Origin: Candidatus Versatilivorator sp. | Lineage (GTDB): Bacteria; Acidobacteriota; Terriglobia; Versatilivoradales; Versatilivoraceae | NCBI GenBank assembly: GCA_965207735.1 | Contig: OZ242296.1 | Location: 864,001 to 928,000, forward strand | Length of the DNA: 64,000 nt | Direction of reading: 5' to 3' | Part shown: in pieces, positions 51,171-62,312 of the stretch | Numbering within the stretch: the first letter of the stretch is position 1 | Layout: each line of letters opens with the position of its first letter | Program-made: the position numbers and the translations under genes | Notes under the pieces: generated by a model | The model's input: the letters and a program-made list of their open reading frames with translations, nothing else | The model's database searches: none | What the model was told of the DNA's origin: nothing

Positions 51171-52334
51171 CTACAACTCCCGCAGTGCACTGAGGATACT
51201 TTCCCTGGCGGCCCCTCGGGCCGGCAACAGTCCGCCCAGCAGCCCCATGATCGAGGCGAATCCGACACCCGCGGCCACGATGGCCGGGGAAAGTCGAAAA
51301 TCGAAACCGGTCTCACTGAAGGTGAGATTGTTGCCGATGCCGGACTCCAGGCCATGCAGCGGCAACACCAGCAGCACCCCGATCAACCCGCCCAGCAGGG
51401 AAAGCAGCAGCGACTCGATCATAAAGGCCAGCAGGATGCTGCCACCGGAAAAGCCCAGTACCCGCAGAGTGCCGATCTCCCGGGCCCGCCGCGCCACGGC
51501 GGCGTACATGGTGTTCATGGCGGCAAAGCAGCTTCCCACCGCCATGATGACAGCTACGAAGATGCCCAGAAACTTCACCGGCTCGGCCGAGTTGGTCTGC
51601 TCCAGATAGTAATCCACTTCCCTTTTGCCTTCCAGGTAAAGCCGCTGATCGTCGGCCACGGCGTTCTGGAGCGCCTGCAGGCTCACCGGATCGGAGGCGC
51701 GGACCAGGACCGAGGAAAGGACTTCCATGCGATTGGAGTCGGTGGCCAGTTGATTAAGACCGACCCAGATCTCGCTGTCGAAGGCGGTGTTGCCGGCGTC
51801 AAGAACACCGACCACGTTCCAGTCGCCGCGGCCGAAGCGCAGCCGGTCTCCCACCCCGGCGTTGACGTACCGCCTGGCGATCGACTTCCCCACCACCACT
51901 TCCCGTTGACCCGGCCGGAACCAGCGGCCCTCGATCAACTTCAGGTTGGACCGCATTCGGATTCCCATCGGAGGGAGGCCGCGGATGTTCACGTTGGCCC
52001 CGTCGGGACTGTTGTGACGCGGCAAATTGATGACAGTCACAATCTCAGGGGAAACCATCGGCTCCCCGTCCAGTTGCTGAATCCCCGGCTTGTTGCGGAT
52101 GCTGGACACGGCCTCGCGGTTGATCTGACTGACCAGCTCCGAGAGGGAGTTCTTCCTCATCACCAGCAGGTGAAGGGGATGTCCGGTGGCCTGGAGAGCC
52201 TTATCCAATCCTCCGACCAGTGCCAGAATTCCCAGCAGCACCGCCACCGTGAGCCCGATGCCCAGGGCGGTCATCAGGGTGGTGGTCTTGCGGACCGTCA
52301 GGTTCTTCAGGTTGTAGGAAAGAGGCAACGACAT
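51171..52334 (-). CDS. ABC transporter permease (MacB/FtsX type)
   Basis: NTMYAAVARRAREIGTLRVLGF, GLLPARGAAR. Confidence 0.92.
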   Translation of the reverse strand: MSLPLSYNLKNLTVRKTTTLMTALGIGLTVAVLLGILALVGGLDKALQATGHPLHLLVMRKNSLSELVSQINREAVSSIRNKPGIQQLDGEPMVSPEIVTVINLPRHNSPDGANVNIRGLPPMGIRMRSNLKLIEGRWFRPGQREVVVGKSIARRYVNAGVGDRLRFGRGDWNVVGVLDAGNTAFDSEIWVGLNQLATDSNRMEVLSSVLVRASDPVSLQALQNAVADDQRLYLEGKREVDYYLEQTNSAEPVKFLGIFVAVIMAVGSCFAAMNTMYAAVARRAREIGTLRVLGFSGGSILLAFMIESLLLSLLGGLIGVLLVLPLHGLESGIGNNLTFSETGFDFRLSPAIVAAGVGFASIMGLLGGLLPARGAARESILSALREL

Positions 52335-52489
52335 GTCGAGACTCAGGACTTCTCAACCAATTCAGTAATTGTGACCGCCGGGAGGAGCGCCATCCGACGA
52401 AGATGGCGCCAGACAAAGCGGTTCCATCGATTCAAGGCAAACTCTCTACTCCTCCTGCTGCCCGACCAACCGTTACGAAGCACCGCTTG

Positions 52490-53647
52490 TCACCCCGTAT
52501 GACGGAGGGCCGAAGTGATCGGCAGGCGGGTGGCTCCCAAGGCCGGGACCAGGGAGCTCAGGATGCCGATGGCCAGGGCAATGGAAAGACTTATCAGGAA
52601 CACCGGCGGCGAAAAAGACAGCCCGGAAAGCATGAGCTGCGACTGCCGCAACACTCCCGATGCCCCCCAGGCCAGGCCGCAACCCACCAGGCCCCCCGCC
52701 AGGGATATCAGGACGGCCTCGGCCACAATCATGGTCAGCACCCTTCCGGAGGTGAAACCCAGCGTCTTGAGTACCCCGATTTCGGTGATCCGCTCGCGCA
52801 CCGACATGCCCATGGTGTTGGCGGCCACCAGCAGGATGGTGAACACCAGTGCCCCGCAAATGCTGAGCAGGAACACCTTGACGTTGCCCAGCATGGAAAC
52901 GAAGCTCAACTGAAAGGCTCGCTCGGTCTCGGTCTTGGTCTGCCGCTCCGAATTTCGGAAAAGATCGTCGACCTGGCGCGCGATGCGCGGAACCGCCTCG
53001 GCGGAATCCGCCAGGATGCCGAAGGTTCCCACCATCCCGCGCCGGGACTGGGGCAGGCCCTCTTCCAGGTATTTCCGGTGAAAATACATCGCGAAGTCCT
53101 GGTTTTCGACATCGGCCGCGAAGATGGCCCGAATGGTCAATTCCAGGTCCACCGGATAGATATCCCCCTTGATGGTGACCCGCTGACCCAGCTTGAAGTT
53201 CAGCCGCTCTGCCAGGCTCTTGCCGACAGCCGCGGCCGTGCGTTCCGACTGGAAGGCCTTGAGCTGCTCGGGAGGCACAGTGAATTCCTTGTAAATCTCA
53301 AAGATCCTGTCCGGGTCGGTGGCAAACCGCGGGAAAAAATTCTCCGGCCGATTGTCGATATAGACCCCGCCGAACCACGAGCTTGGCACCAGCTCGCGCA
53401 CGCCGGGCACCTTGCGGATCTGCTGTTCATAGTATTCGGGAAGGGAGAAGGTCAGTGAGACCCGATTCCGGGTCACCAGTCGCAGGGCTTGCTCGGGAGG
53501 ACCCTCCTGGTGGTAGAAGGCGTGATAGACCGAGAGAAGTACTCCCAGGAGAAACAGGGAAATACTGATGCTGGCAACCGTCAGCAGCGTTCGGCGCCGG
53601 TTGCGCAGCGCATTCTTCAGAGCCAGGCCCAGGGTATCCCGGAACAC
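52490..53647 (-). CDS. ABC transporter permease (MacB/FtsX type)
   Basis: RNRRRTLLT, NTMGMSVRERITEIGVLKTLGF. Confidence 0.92.
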   Translation of the reverse strand: MFRDTLGLALKNALRNRRRTLLTVASISISLFLLGVLLSVYHAFYHQEGPPEQALRLVTRNRVSLTFSLPEYYEQQIRKVPGVRELVPSSWFGGVYIDNRPENFFPRFATDPDRIFEIYKEFTVPPEQLKAFQSERTAAAVGKSLAERLNFKLGQRVTIKGDIYPVDLELTIRAIFAADVENQDFAMYFHRKYLEEGLPQSRRGMVGTFGILADSAEAVPRIARQVDDLFRNSERQTKTETERAFQLSFVSMLGNVKVFLLSICGALVFTILLVAANTMGMSVRERITEIGVLKTLGFTSGRVLTMIVAEAVLISLAGGLVGCGLAWGASGVLRQSQLMLSGLSFSPPVFLISLSIALAIGILSSLVPALGATRLPITSALRHTG

Positions 53648-53744
53648 GGAGAATCTCGCTTCCCGCAGGGAGACAGCAGCATCCCCTGCTGATTGTCAGA
53701 CTAGCACAACTCGCGCAGGCTCGGGCAAAGCGCCCTCGATGTCC

Positions 53745-53954
53745 CTACCCGGTCCCCGTACCATCCTGCCGGTCCCTTCCCCGGGAGTCTCCTCCCAAGG
53801 GACTGGAACATCCCCGGCAATGGGTTCTTCGCCGCGCATTCAGGATCCCGCAGCTCCGGCAGCGGTTGTACATGAAGTGGGTGAACCATTGGGTCAGGAG
53901 GGCGCTCCCACCCAGGATCAACACCGCCAGTAGGACATTGAGGGCTGTTTCCAT
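53745..53954 (-). CDS. Small membrane-anchored zinc-ribbon protein
   Basis: One TM helix followed by CRSC-x10-CRGC; co-oriented with its neighbours. Confidence 0.7.
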   Translation of the reverse strand: METALNVLLAVLILGGSALLTQWFTHFMYNRCRSCGILNARRRTHCRGCSSPLGGDSRGRDRQDGTGTG

Positions 53955-54031
53955 GACAGCAGCACACTGAGAATGGCGCCAGCTCAGGAGGGGTCCAGGC
54001 AGCCCTTGCCGCCAGACGCGGGCGGGGCGCG

Positions 54032-55249
54032 CTAACCGGACCGTGTTGCCTCGTCTTCCTCCACCCTGCCAGGTCTAAAGAAGAAGGCAAACAGCACCAG
54101 AACCACCGCTGCCGCCACCGCCGGCACCAGCCAGATTTCCCCCCAATGATGCTGCACAGCACCGTCCCCACCCAGAAAACTGTAATGCTGCACCACCAGA
54201 CCGGAGACCCTGGCGCCGACGAACATGCCCAGACCCAGCGTGACCAGGGCAATGAACCCCTGGGCCGCGGCCCGCACCCGGATGGGGGCCTTGCGGTCCA
54301 CGTAGACTTGGCCGGCCACGAAAAAGAAATCGTAGCAGATGCCGTGCAGGAGAATGCCGCCCAGCAACATCCACAGGTGCTCGCTGCCGTCACCCCAGGA
54401 AAACAGTAGATAGCGGGCCACCCAGGCAGCCATACCGATCAGCAAAGTCCTCTTGAGTCCCACCCGGGTCAGAAAGAAGGGCATGGCCAGCATGAAGAGA
54501 ATTTCGGATCCCTGCCCCAGGGTCATTTTGCTGGCGGCCTGGCTGACGCCGATCTCATTGAGGAACAGGTTGGTGAAGGTGTAGTAGAACTGCAGCGGAA
54601 TACAGAGCAGAAAGGATCCCGCCACGAAGACGGCAAAGGAGCGTTCCCGCATCAGGCCCAGGGCATCCAGCCCCAGCAGTCCCCTGAGGCTGAAGGGCTG
54701 GCCGCCTCCCTTGGGAGGGGTGTGTGGAAGCAGCAGGCAGTAGAAACCCATCAGGACCGACGCGGCGGCGGCAATTTGCAGCGGCACGGCGCCGGCCTCC
54801 AGGTGCAACCGTCCCACCAACAGGCCGGCGGCGATCCACCCGATGGTTCCCAGCACTCTCACCCTGGGAAACTCCCGTTCCGGACTCTGCATGTGGTGAA
54901 AGGACAGGGAGTTGGTGAGCGCAAGGGTCGGCATGTAGCACAGGGTGTAGATCAACAGAACCGGAAAGAGGTGGCTGAAGTCTTCCAGATTGGACGCCCA
55001 GTACAGCAGGCACCCGCCCAGCAGGTGCAGTCCCGCCAGTACTTTTTCCGAGGCAAAGAAACGGTCGGCCACCAGCCCCATGAAAAATGGAGAGATCATG
55101 GCCGCGATGGCCGTGGTGGCATAGGCCCAGCCGATCTGGCTGTCGCTGAAGCCAAGGGTCCGGCTCAGATAGGTGACCAGCGTGACGTACCAGGCTCCCC
55201 AGATGAAATACTGCAGGAACATCATGGCCGAAAGCTTCAGGCGAACCAT
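54032..55249 (-). CDS. Nucleoside:H+ symporter (NupG/YegT family MFS)
   Basis: [39 protein letters not shown]. Confidence 0.9.
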   Translation of the reverse strand: MVRLKLSAMMFLQYFIWGAWYVTLVTYLSRTLGFSDSQIGWAYATTAIAAMISPFFMGLVADRFFASEKVLAGLHLLGGCLLYWASNLEDFSHLFPVLLIYTLCYMPTLALTNSLSFHHMQSPEREFPRVRVLGTIGWIAAGLLVGRLHLEAGAVPLQIAAAASVLMGFYCLLLPHTPPKGGGQPFSLRGLLGLDALGLMRERSFAVFVAGSFLLCIPLQFYYTFTNLFLNEIGVSQAASKMTLGQGSEILFMLAMPFFLTRVGLKRTLLIGMAAWVARYLLFSWGDGSEHLWMLLGGILLHGICYDFFFVAGQVYVDRKAPIRVRAAAQGFIALVTLGLGMFVGARVSGLVVQHYSFLGGDGAVQHHWGEIWLVPAVAAAVVLVLFAFFFRPGRVEEDEATRSG

Positions 55250-55252
55250 TCC

Positions 55253-56716
55253 TTAACCCTCTTGTTCATTCTCTACCCAGGACGTCCCAGACAGGCGGGT
55301 CACGGTCCGGCCCTGCCCGAGAGCCACCATGACATCAAAGATTCCCGGAGCGACCGCCTGCCCGGTCAGCAGCGCCCGGGCCGCGTTGATGAGCAGACCC
55401 GCCTTCACCCCCTTTTCGGCGGCAAAGGTGCGCAGGGCCGATTCCGTCTCCTCCAGTCCGAAGGCGGGCAGCGATTCCAGACGCGCGGCCAGCTCGGGCA
55501 TCAGAACCGGCAGGGTTTCATCCTTGAGGAATTTACGGCGAGCCTTGTCCTCGATTGCGAAGTCATCGGTAAAGAAGGCTCTCCCCTGAGTGGTGAAGTC
55601 GGACACCATGCGGACGCGCTTCTTGAGCAGATCGACCACCGTCAGCATCCAGGCCCTATCGGAGGAGTCGAGCGCCTCTTTCCAAAGCTCCTCCCTTTCA
55701 AGCTCGGTCCTGATCAGAGGGAAAAGCCTCTCGGCCGGAGCATTGCGCAGATACTGGCTGTTGAACCAGGCTAGCTTTTCCAGGTCGAAGACGGCGTTGC
55801 TCTTGTTCACACCCTCCAGGGAGAACTGGCGGATCAAGTCATTGGTGGACAGGCTCTCCGTCTCGCTTTTCGGCGACCAGCCCAGTAGCGCCAGAAAGTT
55901 GCAGAAGGGGTCCGGAAGGTAGCCCTGATCCCGATAGGTGGTCACGGCGGTGGCCCCGTGTCGCTTGCTGAGCCTGGTCCGGTCGGGGCCCAGAATCAGC
56001 GGCAGGTGCGCAAAAACGGGGACCGACCGATCCAGGGCCCTGTAAAGGAGGATCTGCTTGGAAGTGTTCGAGATGTGGTCGGCGCCACGGATGACGTGGC
56101 CGATCTTCATGTCCAGATCGTCCAGCACCACACCCAGGTGGTAGGTGGGCATGCCGTCGGACCGAACCAGCACGAAGTCCTCGATCTGATCCGTCCGATG
56201 AACAATCCGCCCGAAGACCCGGTCCTCGAATACAACCTCTCCGTCGCGGGGTCCCTTGAAGCGCACCACGCTGGGCAGACCGCGGCTGTGCCCCTCGCTT
56301 ACCCGCTCGGGCGACAGTCCCCGACAAGTGCCGTCATACTTCCAGGGTTTTCCGGCAGCGGCCGCCGCTTGGCGCTTGGCCGCCAACTCGGCTGTCGAAC
56401 AAAAACAGCGGTAGGCCTTGTCGGCGCTCAAGAGTTGATCCGCCGCCTGGCGGTAGCGGTCCAGTCGTTCCGACTGCAGGAATGGGCCCTCGTCCCAGTC
56501 AAGGCCTAGCCACCGGAGAGCGCCCAGAATATCTTCCACCATCTCCGGGCTGGATCGCTCCCGGTCGGTGTCCTCGATTCGGAGGATGAAACGCCCGCCC
56601 TGACCTCGTGCAAACAGCCAGTTGAACAGTGCGGTGCGCGCCCCGCCCACGTGCAGGGACCCGGTGGGGGAAGGCGCAAAGCGTACTCTCACGCCCGGCA
56701 AACCAGGATCCTCCAT
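55253..56716 (-). CDS. gltX: Glutamate--tRNA ligase
   Basis: RFAPSPTG.LHVGG, LRIEDTD, IRGADH, LSKRHG, C-terminal anticodon-binding domain. Confidence 0.96.
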   Translation of the reverse strand: MEDPGLPGVRVRFAPSPTGSLHVGGARTALFNWLFARGQGGRFILRIEDTDRERSSPEMVEDILGALRWLGLDWDEGPFLQSERLDRYRQAADQLLSADKAYRCFCSTAELAAKRQAAAAAGKPWKYDGTCRGLSPERVSEGHSRGLPSVVRFKGPRDGEVVFEDRVFGRIVHRTDQIEDFVLVRSDGMPTYHLGVVLDDLDMKIGHVIRGADHISNTSKQILLYRALDRSVPVFAHLPLILGPDRTRLSKRHGATAVTTYRDQGYLPDPFCNFLALLGWSPKSETESLSTNDLIRQFSLEGVNKSNAVFDLEKLAWFNSQYLRNAPAERLFPLIRTELEREELWKEALDSSDRAWMLTVVDLLKKRVRMVSDFTTQGRAFFTDDFAIEDKARRKFLKDETLPVLMPELAARLESLPAFGLEETESALRTFAAEKGVKAGLLINAARALLTGQAVAPGIFDVMVALGQGRTVTRLSGTSWVENEQEG

Positions 56717-56841
56717 GTAATAGTGCCCATCGGGAAAGAGGTCGGCCCCGTCCCTGCCGTGCAGATAATCCGAGAGTGAAACAGCGAATCTCTATGGCCT
56801 GTCGGGAACGAGAACGCTGTCCCGTTAGACCGGTTTACTTC

Positions 56842-57051
56842 TTATTGAACATGGATGCACAGGATAGACAGGAAAAACAGCACGAGGCGCTACGCCACAG
56901 GCAGCAGATCTGCTCGATGATCGCGTGCGTATTGGAAGTGATCCATGAGCCTGGGAGCGGGTTTTGGGAAATCCGTGTTGGGACAGAGGCGATGGTTGAA
57001 TTCAAGACAGTGAAACCACCGCCAAATTAACCTGTTCATCCATGTCAATAA
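56842..57051 (+). mobile_element. Inverted-repeat-bounded element with decayed, internally deleted GxxExxY fragment, copy 2
   Basis: Ends TTATTGAACATGGATGCACAGG and CCTGTTCATCCATGTCAATAA; ORF from 56851 reads MDAQDRQEKQHEALRHRQQICSMIACVLEVIHEPGSGFWEIRVGTEAMVEFKTVK. Confidence 0.7.
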
Positions 57052-57123
57052 ACCAACTACCCATGCTTGACTCCAAACTGGTTTCCCGCGACTCGGCACA
57101 AGGTATTGTTTCAAACAAGTGCG

Positions 57124-57290
57124 GCCCCCGCCCTGGTGTGCGGATCATACATAGAGTGAAACAATCGGAAATCGACCATCCCGTCGCGACCTTGGTACCC
57201 CGTCGCGGTTAACCTCAACGCCTTAGTGTCCCTTCGTCGTTCTTCGTGCCCCTTCGTGGATTCCTCTTTTTCTTTTGTCTTTTGTCGTTT
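57124..57290. repeat. Dispersed repeat family B, copy 2
   Basis: Direct match to 27028-27190. Confidence 0.8.
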
Positions 57291-57346
57291 TTTTCAGACA
57301 AGATAGCCGGAATCCATGGGATTCGGCGATCCGATTCCAGGATTGC

Positions 57347-57865
57347 CTAAACGGCGTCCTTGGCGGCCGCCAGCGCCGCCTCGTAGTCGGGATGGGAGGC
57401 GATTTCCTTGACATACTCCACGTGGCGGATGCTACCGCCGCCATCGACCACGAAAATGGCCCGGCTGTTCAGCCGAAGCTCCTTGACCAGGGTGCCGTAG
57501 CTGGCTGCAAAGGACATCTCCCGGTGATCCGATAGTGTCTGGACCTGATCCGCCTCGGCCGCCCCGCACCAGCGCTTTTGGGCGAACGGCAGATCGGCCG
57601 AAACGGTCAGCACCACCACATCGTCGCCCAAACCGGAGGCTTCCTGGTTGAATCTCCGGCTCTGCTGGTCACAGACCGGGGTATCCAGCGAGGGGACCAC
57701 GCTGATGAGGCGCACTTTGCCGGCCGAATCGGACAGCCCTACGGGTTTGAGGTCGCTCGAGAGCAGCGTAAAGTCGGGGGCTGAGTCGCCCGCCTTCAAC
57801 TCCGGCCCGATCAGCGTCAATGGATTTCCTAGAAATGTTGTGGCTCCAGCTCGTTCCTGCGCCAT
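57347..57865 (-). CDS. tpx: Thiol peroxidase Tpx
   Basis: SVVPSLDTPVC, SADLPFAQKRWCG, HPDYEAAL. Confidence 0.96.
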   Translation of the reverse strand: MAQERAGATTFLGNPLTLIGPELKAGDSAPDFTLLSSDLKPVGLSDSAGKVRLISVVPSLDTPVCDQQSRRFNQEASGLGDDVVVLTVSADLPFAQKRWCGAAEADQVQTLSDHREMSFAASYGTLVKELRLNSRAIFVVDGGGSIRHVEYVKEIASHPDYEAALAAAKDAV

Positions 57866-57981
57866 GTCTTCGTTCCTCCTTGGATCGATAGTGTCTTTTC
57901 CGCCTATTGAAACTCGAATTCATCGGGCCGGCCGACCCGTTCCCTGCTCCACCTGCATCCGGCAAAGGCGCAGCCAACCGG

Positions 57982-59937
57982 CTAGCCCTCTTCGTACTGG
58001 CTCTTCAGATTGGCCACCACGGTGGCGTCGGCCAGGGTGGTGGTATCTCCCAGTGCCCGCCCCTCGGCGATGTCCCGCAGCAAACGCCGCATGATCTTGC
58101 CGCTTCGGGTCTTGGGCAACTCGGCCGTAAAGTAGACGCTCTGCGGCCGGGCAATGGGTCCGATTTTCCGGACCACGTGCTTCTTCAACTCGTCTACCTT
58201 GCCGGCGCTCCCCTCTGCGCCTTCCTTCAGGGTCACGAAGGCAGCAATGGCCTCCCCTTTGATATCGTCCTTCTTGCCGATCACCGCCGCCTCGGCCACC
58301 TCCTGATGGTCCACCAGGGCGCTCTCCACTTCCATGGTGCTCAAGCGGTGCCCCGAGATATTCATGACGTCATCCACCCGGCCCAACAGCCAGAAGTAGC
58401 CTTCTTCGTCCCGCTTGCAACCGTCCCCGGCAAAATAGACGTTCTTGCCGAAGCGCCGCCAATAGGTTTCCTCATACCTCTTAGCGTCTCCGTAGATGGT
58501 GCGCGCCATGGAGGGCCAGGGAGACTTGAGCACCAGGTAACCGCCTCCCCCAAGGGGAACGCTTTGACCGGCCTCGTCCACCACGTCGGCGTTGATGCCC
58601 GGAAGGGGGAAAGTGGCCGAGCCCGGCTTGGTGGTGGTTAGCCCCGGCAGAGGCGAAATCATGATGGACCCGGTTTCGGTCTGCCACCAGGTGTCCACGA
58701 TGGGGCAGCGCCCCTGTCCGATCTTTTCGTGGTACCACATCCAGGCCTCGGGGTTGATGGGCTCCCCCACCGAGCCCAGAAGGCGCAGGGTGGACAGGTC
58801 GTGCTTTGCCGGATAGGCCTCGCCCCACTTCATGACTGCCCGGATGGCCGTGGGAGCCGTGTAGAAGACGTTCACGCCATACTTGGCCACCATGGCCCAC
58901 CAGCGGTCCTTGTCCGGCCAGTCGGGCGAGCCCTCGTAGAGGACCCCGGTGGTTCCGTTGGCCAAGGGGCCGTAAACGATGTAGCTGTGCCCGGTCACCC
59001 AGCCGATGTCGGCCGAGCACCAGTAGACGTCCTCTTCCTTGGCGTCGAACACCCATTTGTGAGTGAGGGAAGCCCCCAGCAGGTAGCCTGCGGTGGTGTG
59101 CAGGATGCCCTTGGGCTTGGCCGTGGTCCCGGAGGTGTAGAGGATGAACAGCGGGTCCTCCGAGTCCATGGGCTCGGGCTCACAGTAGGCCGGGACATGC
59201 TCCACCGCCCGGTGCCACCACACGTCCCGGGATTCGTCCACTTCCACCGGAGCCGCATCCCCGATTCTGCGGACCATCACCACCTTCTCGACACAGGGGC
59301 AGTCCTCGAGGGCCGCGTCCACGTTTCGCTTGAGTGGAACAATCTGCCCGCGGCGATAACTTCCGTCGGCCGTGATCACCAGCTTGGACTGAGCATCGTT
59401 GATCCGGTCTCGCAGCGACTCGGCGCTGAACCCCCCGAAGACCACGCTGTGGGGGGCGCCGATTCGGGCGCAGGCCAGCAGGGCTATGGGCAGTTCCGGG
59501 ATCATGGGCATGTAGATGGTGACCCGGTCGCCCTTCCGCACCCCCAGCCGCTTCATGGCGTTGGCGAACCGGTTGACCTCCCGGTAGAGGTCGGCAAAGG
59601 TCAGCACGCGCTCCTCGCCGGGTTCTCCCTCCCAGATGAAGGCGGCCTTGTTGCGCCTCCAACCCCGAACGTGCCGGTCCAGGCAGTTGACGGACACATT
59701 TAACTTACCCCCGACAAACCATTGAGCTATAGGGGGGTTCCAGTCCAACACGCGATCCCACTTCCTCATCCACTCCAGGCTCTCGGCAGCTTGTGCCCAG
59801 TAGGCCTCGGGGTCCTCGGCGGCTCGTTGGTAAATGTCCGGATCGGCCGCATTGGCGTTTCGAGAGCACTCCTCCGAAGGCGGAAAGAGGCGCTCTTCGT
59901 CCAGCAGGGCTTCAATGGGTTGATCGGAGCGATTCAT
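57982..59937 (-). CDS. acs: Acetate--CoA ligase
   Basis: [31 protein letters not shown]. Confidence 0.97.
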   Translation of the reverse strand: MNRSDQPIEALLDEERLFPPSEECSRNANAADPDIYQRAAEDPEAYWAQAAESLEWMRKWDRVLDWNPPIAQWFVGGKLNVSVNCLDRHVRGWRRNKAAFIWEGEPGEERVLTFADLYREVNRFANAMKRLGVRKGDRVTIYMPMIPELPIALLACARIGAPHSVVFGGFSAESLRDRINDAQSKLVITADGSYRRGQIVPLKRNVDAALEDCPCVEKVVMVRRIGDAAPVEVDESRDVWWHRAVEHVPAYCEPEPMDSEDPLFILYTSGTTAKPKGILHTTAGYLLGASLTHKWVFDAKEEDVYWCSADIGWVTGHSYIVYGPLANGTTGVLYEGSPDWPDKDRWWAMVAKYGVNVFYTAPTAIRAVMKWGEAYPAKHDLSTLRLLGSVGEPINPEAWMWYHEKIGQGRCPIVDTWWQTETGSIMISPLPGLTTTKPGSATFPLPGINADVVDEAGQSVPLGGGGYLVLKSPWPSMARTIYGDAKRYEETYWRRFGKNVYFAGDGCKRDEEGYFWLLGRVDDVMNISGHRLSTMEVESALVDHQEVAEAAVIGKKDDIKGEAIAAFVTLKEGAEGSAGKVDELKKHVVRKIGPIARPQSVYFTAELPKTRSGKIMRRLLRDIAEGRALGDTTTLADATVVANLKSQYEEG

Positions 59938-60091
59938 CAGACCCCCTCGTGGTTACGCAGCCAATCCACAGCCTGAACACAGGGGCGCTATTATACACGG
60001 CAGCCATTCAGCCGTTAACGCCAATTTCCCATCCCGGCGGCCGACATTCCCAGGCGCCGCGCGCCACCGCAGCCGGCCTGGCGCAAAGGAT

Positions 60092-61309
60092 TCAGACCTT
60101 CCCCGACAGCGGGTCCAGGCCCCGCAAATAGTCGGAAAGGATCTCTGCTTCCCCGGCGCCGGCTCCCCAGACCACGTTTTCCTCCACCCGGATGCCGCCC
60201 ACCGGAACGCCGGCTTCCCGCCAATAGAGTCCCGGCTCGATCGAGGTCACCTGCCCGGGCAATACCGGCCGGTGTTGGCCGGGACCCAGGGTGGGACGGT
60301 CCTCGTGGTAGGCGAAGCCAAGACCATGCCCCAGAAAATGGGTGATTCCCTGCTCGAATCCAGCCTCCCGCATGGCCTGCCAGGAGGCCTGGCAGAGTTG
60401 CTCTCCCGTGCTCTGCCCCGGAACATAGCTGGCGATTGCCGCCGTCTGGGCATCCAGGACAGCCTGGTGCAGCCTCTCAAGCAATCGCGTGGGCTCGCCG
60501 ACCACGGCGGCTCTCGTGATGTCGGCCCAGTACCCCTCGGCGTGGGCGCCAAGCTCCAGCAGCACCGGGTCGCCTGGCTGCAGTCGCCTGGCGGTGGGAT
60601 GGTTGGAAAGGGTGTCGGCGATCACGGTGCGTTCGGGACCGGAGGTAATCTGCGGCATCTCGCAAAAAACGTAGTCGATTCCCAGCGAGGCCGCCTTCCT
60701 GAGGACGGCGCAATGCACCTCGGTGGCCAAGTCTATTTCTCGCATGCCCGAATCAACCAGTTGATAGAACGCCTGCGCCCCCGCTCGCACCACCTGGTGA
60801 GCCTGCTTGAGCTTGCCGATCTCCCTGGAGGTCTTGACCGACTTGAGCTGGTTGATGCGGTCCCCGGCGTCCTCGACCATGGGGAAAATGGAGGACAGCG
60901 CCGCCCGAACCCGGTCATAGGTCAAGCACTCCGAGGGCATCTTGTTGGGGCAGTAGTGGTGCACCTCAAGATGGACCCCGACCTTTTCGATTCCCCGCCC
61001 CGACCGTTGGGTCCGAAGCCACTCGATGACGGCCTGGTCGGGGTCCACCTGGCAGTCCCGCTTACACCAGTCGAAACAGTCGATGCAGCCGGCCCAGCTC
61101 TCCTCGGCCACGAAGGCCTCCCGCCACCAGGGGGTCAGCAGTCGAACGCAACCGTCCCGATCCACCAGGACGGCGACGTGGGTACTGGCCGGCAACATGC
61201 CGGTGGCCATCAGAATGTCGTCGGGATAGAGCAGCAGCAGGGCGTCCAGCTGCCCCTCGGCCAGGGACTGCCGAATCTGGTTCAGTCGTTCTTCGTCGGG
61301 CAAGGCCAT
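60092..61309 (-). CDS. M24 family (Xaa-Pro peptidase-like) protein
   Basis: GYWADITR, HFLGHGLG..YHE, SIEPGLY, GIRVEEN. Confidence 0.88.
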   Translation of the reverse strand: MALPDEERLNQIRQSLAEGQLDALLLLYPDDILMATGMLPASTHVAVLVDRDGCVRLLTPWWREAFVAEESWAGCIDCFDWCKRDCQVDPDQAVIEWLRTQRSGRGIEKVGVHLEVHHYCPNKMPSECLTYDRVRAALSSIFPMVEDAGDRINQLKSVKTSREIGKLKQAHQVVRAGAQAFYQLVDSGMREIDLATEVHCAVLRKAASLGIDYVFCEMPQITSGPERTVIADTLSNHPTARRLQPGDPVLLELGAHAEGYWADITRAAVVGEPTRLLERLHQAVLDAQTAAIASYVPGQSTGEQLCQASWQAMREAGFEQGITHFLGHGLGFAYHEDRPTLGPGQHRPVLPGQVTSIEPGLYWREAGVPVGGIRVEENVVWGAGAGEAEILSDYLRGLDPLSGKV

Positions 61310-61682
61310 GGTTTCGATCCCGTTGAGCCCCGGGTTTCCGGCCAGAATTCCATTGAGGTTGCGCCAGCGCCGTGGCCGAAACGAATCTCCTGGCGGCAGG
61401 CACAGGCGATGCAGAAGGATGATCGCAACGGTCCTTCCGCCCGTCTCAGGCGGCTATCCACTATAGCGACAAGAGAGAAGATGGGTCAACGGACCGGCAG
61501 CCGGCCCCTTTGCTTCCGAACGCTACCGGGGCTACGGCAATCCCCGACTTGCCGCCACGTAGCGTGCCGCCCCGTCATGCCTGCCAGGGTTGCCAATTCC
61601 CGAAAAGTCGGTACCATGGAATGGATCATTCCCTCAGCCGCCAAACCGAGGGCTTGCCTTCCGTTCCTGCAAGGGTGACGTC

Positions 61683-62081
61683 ATGCGATACCTGGTCACG
61701 GCACGACTCAAGGCAAACAGAGAATGTTCTCTGCTCGAGGCCATCGAGGACAAATCCCTGGGGCGAGGATCGGTAGCCGGAGGCGAGTATCTTCGAAACA
61801 TGGAAGAGGCGCGCAGAACGGCTGACGGTCGGGTCCGCTGGGTCGAGGTCTGCTTCTGCCCGACTCCCTTGCAAGAAGAACGTCCCTACTGGGAGGAGTA
61901 TTTCGACCTGGAGCGGGTCCAGGACGCCCACGACCGCAACCGCTGCAGGGACCTGAACGGCCAGGAGCCTTGGGCCTGTACCGACTGTGACTGCACGGAA
62001 GGGTTGGAGAAGAAGCTGGAATCTAAAGGTCAACCATTTCTGAAGCAGTTGACGCCCCAGGACGAAGACGAGCCAGCCTGA
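61683..62081 (+). CDS. Hypothetical Cys-rich protein
   Basis: Coding-like ORF with WVEVCFCPTPL.EERPYWEEYF and C...WACTDCDC. Confidence 0.72.
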   Translation: MRYLVTARLKANRECSLLEAIEDKSLGRGSVAGGEYLRNMEEARRTADGRVRWVEVCFCPTPLQEERPYWEEYFDLERVQDAHDRNRCRDLNGQEPWACTDCDCTEGLEKKLESKGQPFLKQLTPQDEDEPA

Positions 62082-62312
62082 CAAAGCCCATCGATTCCCA
62101 ATTCCAAGTTCGACTCCAATGACAGATGCCAGGCCCGAATGGCAGAATACCTCGGGACTGATGGCTTTTCGGAAAGACCAGCTACCACGGCTCCTACCTA
62201 AACTTGTGGCGAGGTGCCAGGTTCAATACCAAACAGGAATTGACTTGTGCCCCTAAACTACTCTGAGACACTCTGGACGGCGTCCCTTGAGAAAAGGGGA
62301 CATTAGCCCATC

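Noticed and set aside
62100-62312. tRNA fragment or metal riboswitch upstream of the ZIP gene (GTTCGA/GGTTCAAT motifs, hairpin over the RBS)
   Set aside because: No cloverleaf or known riboswitch consensus could be built by eye.
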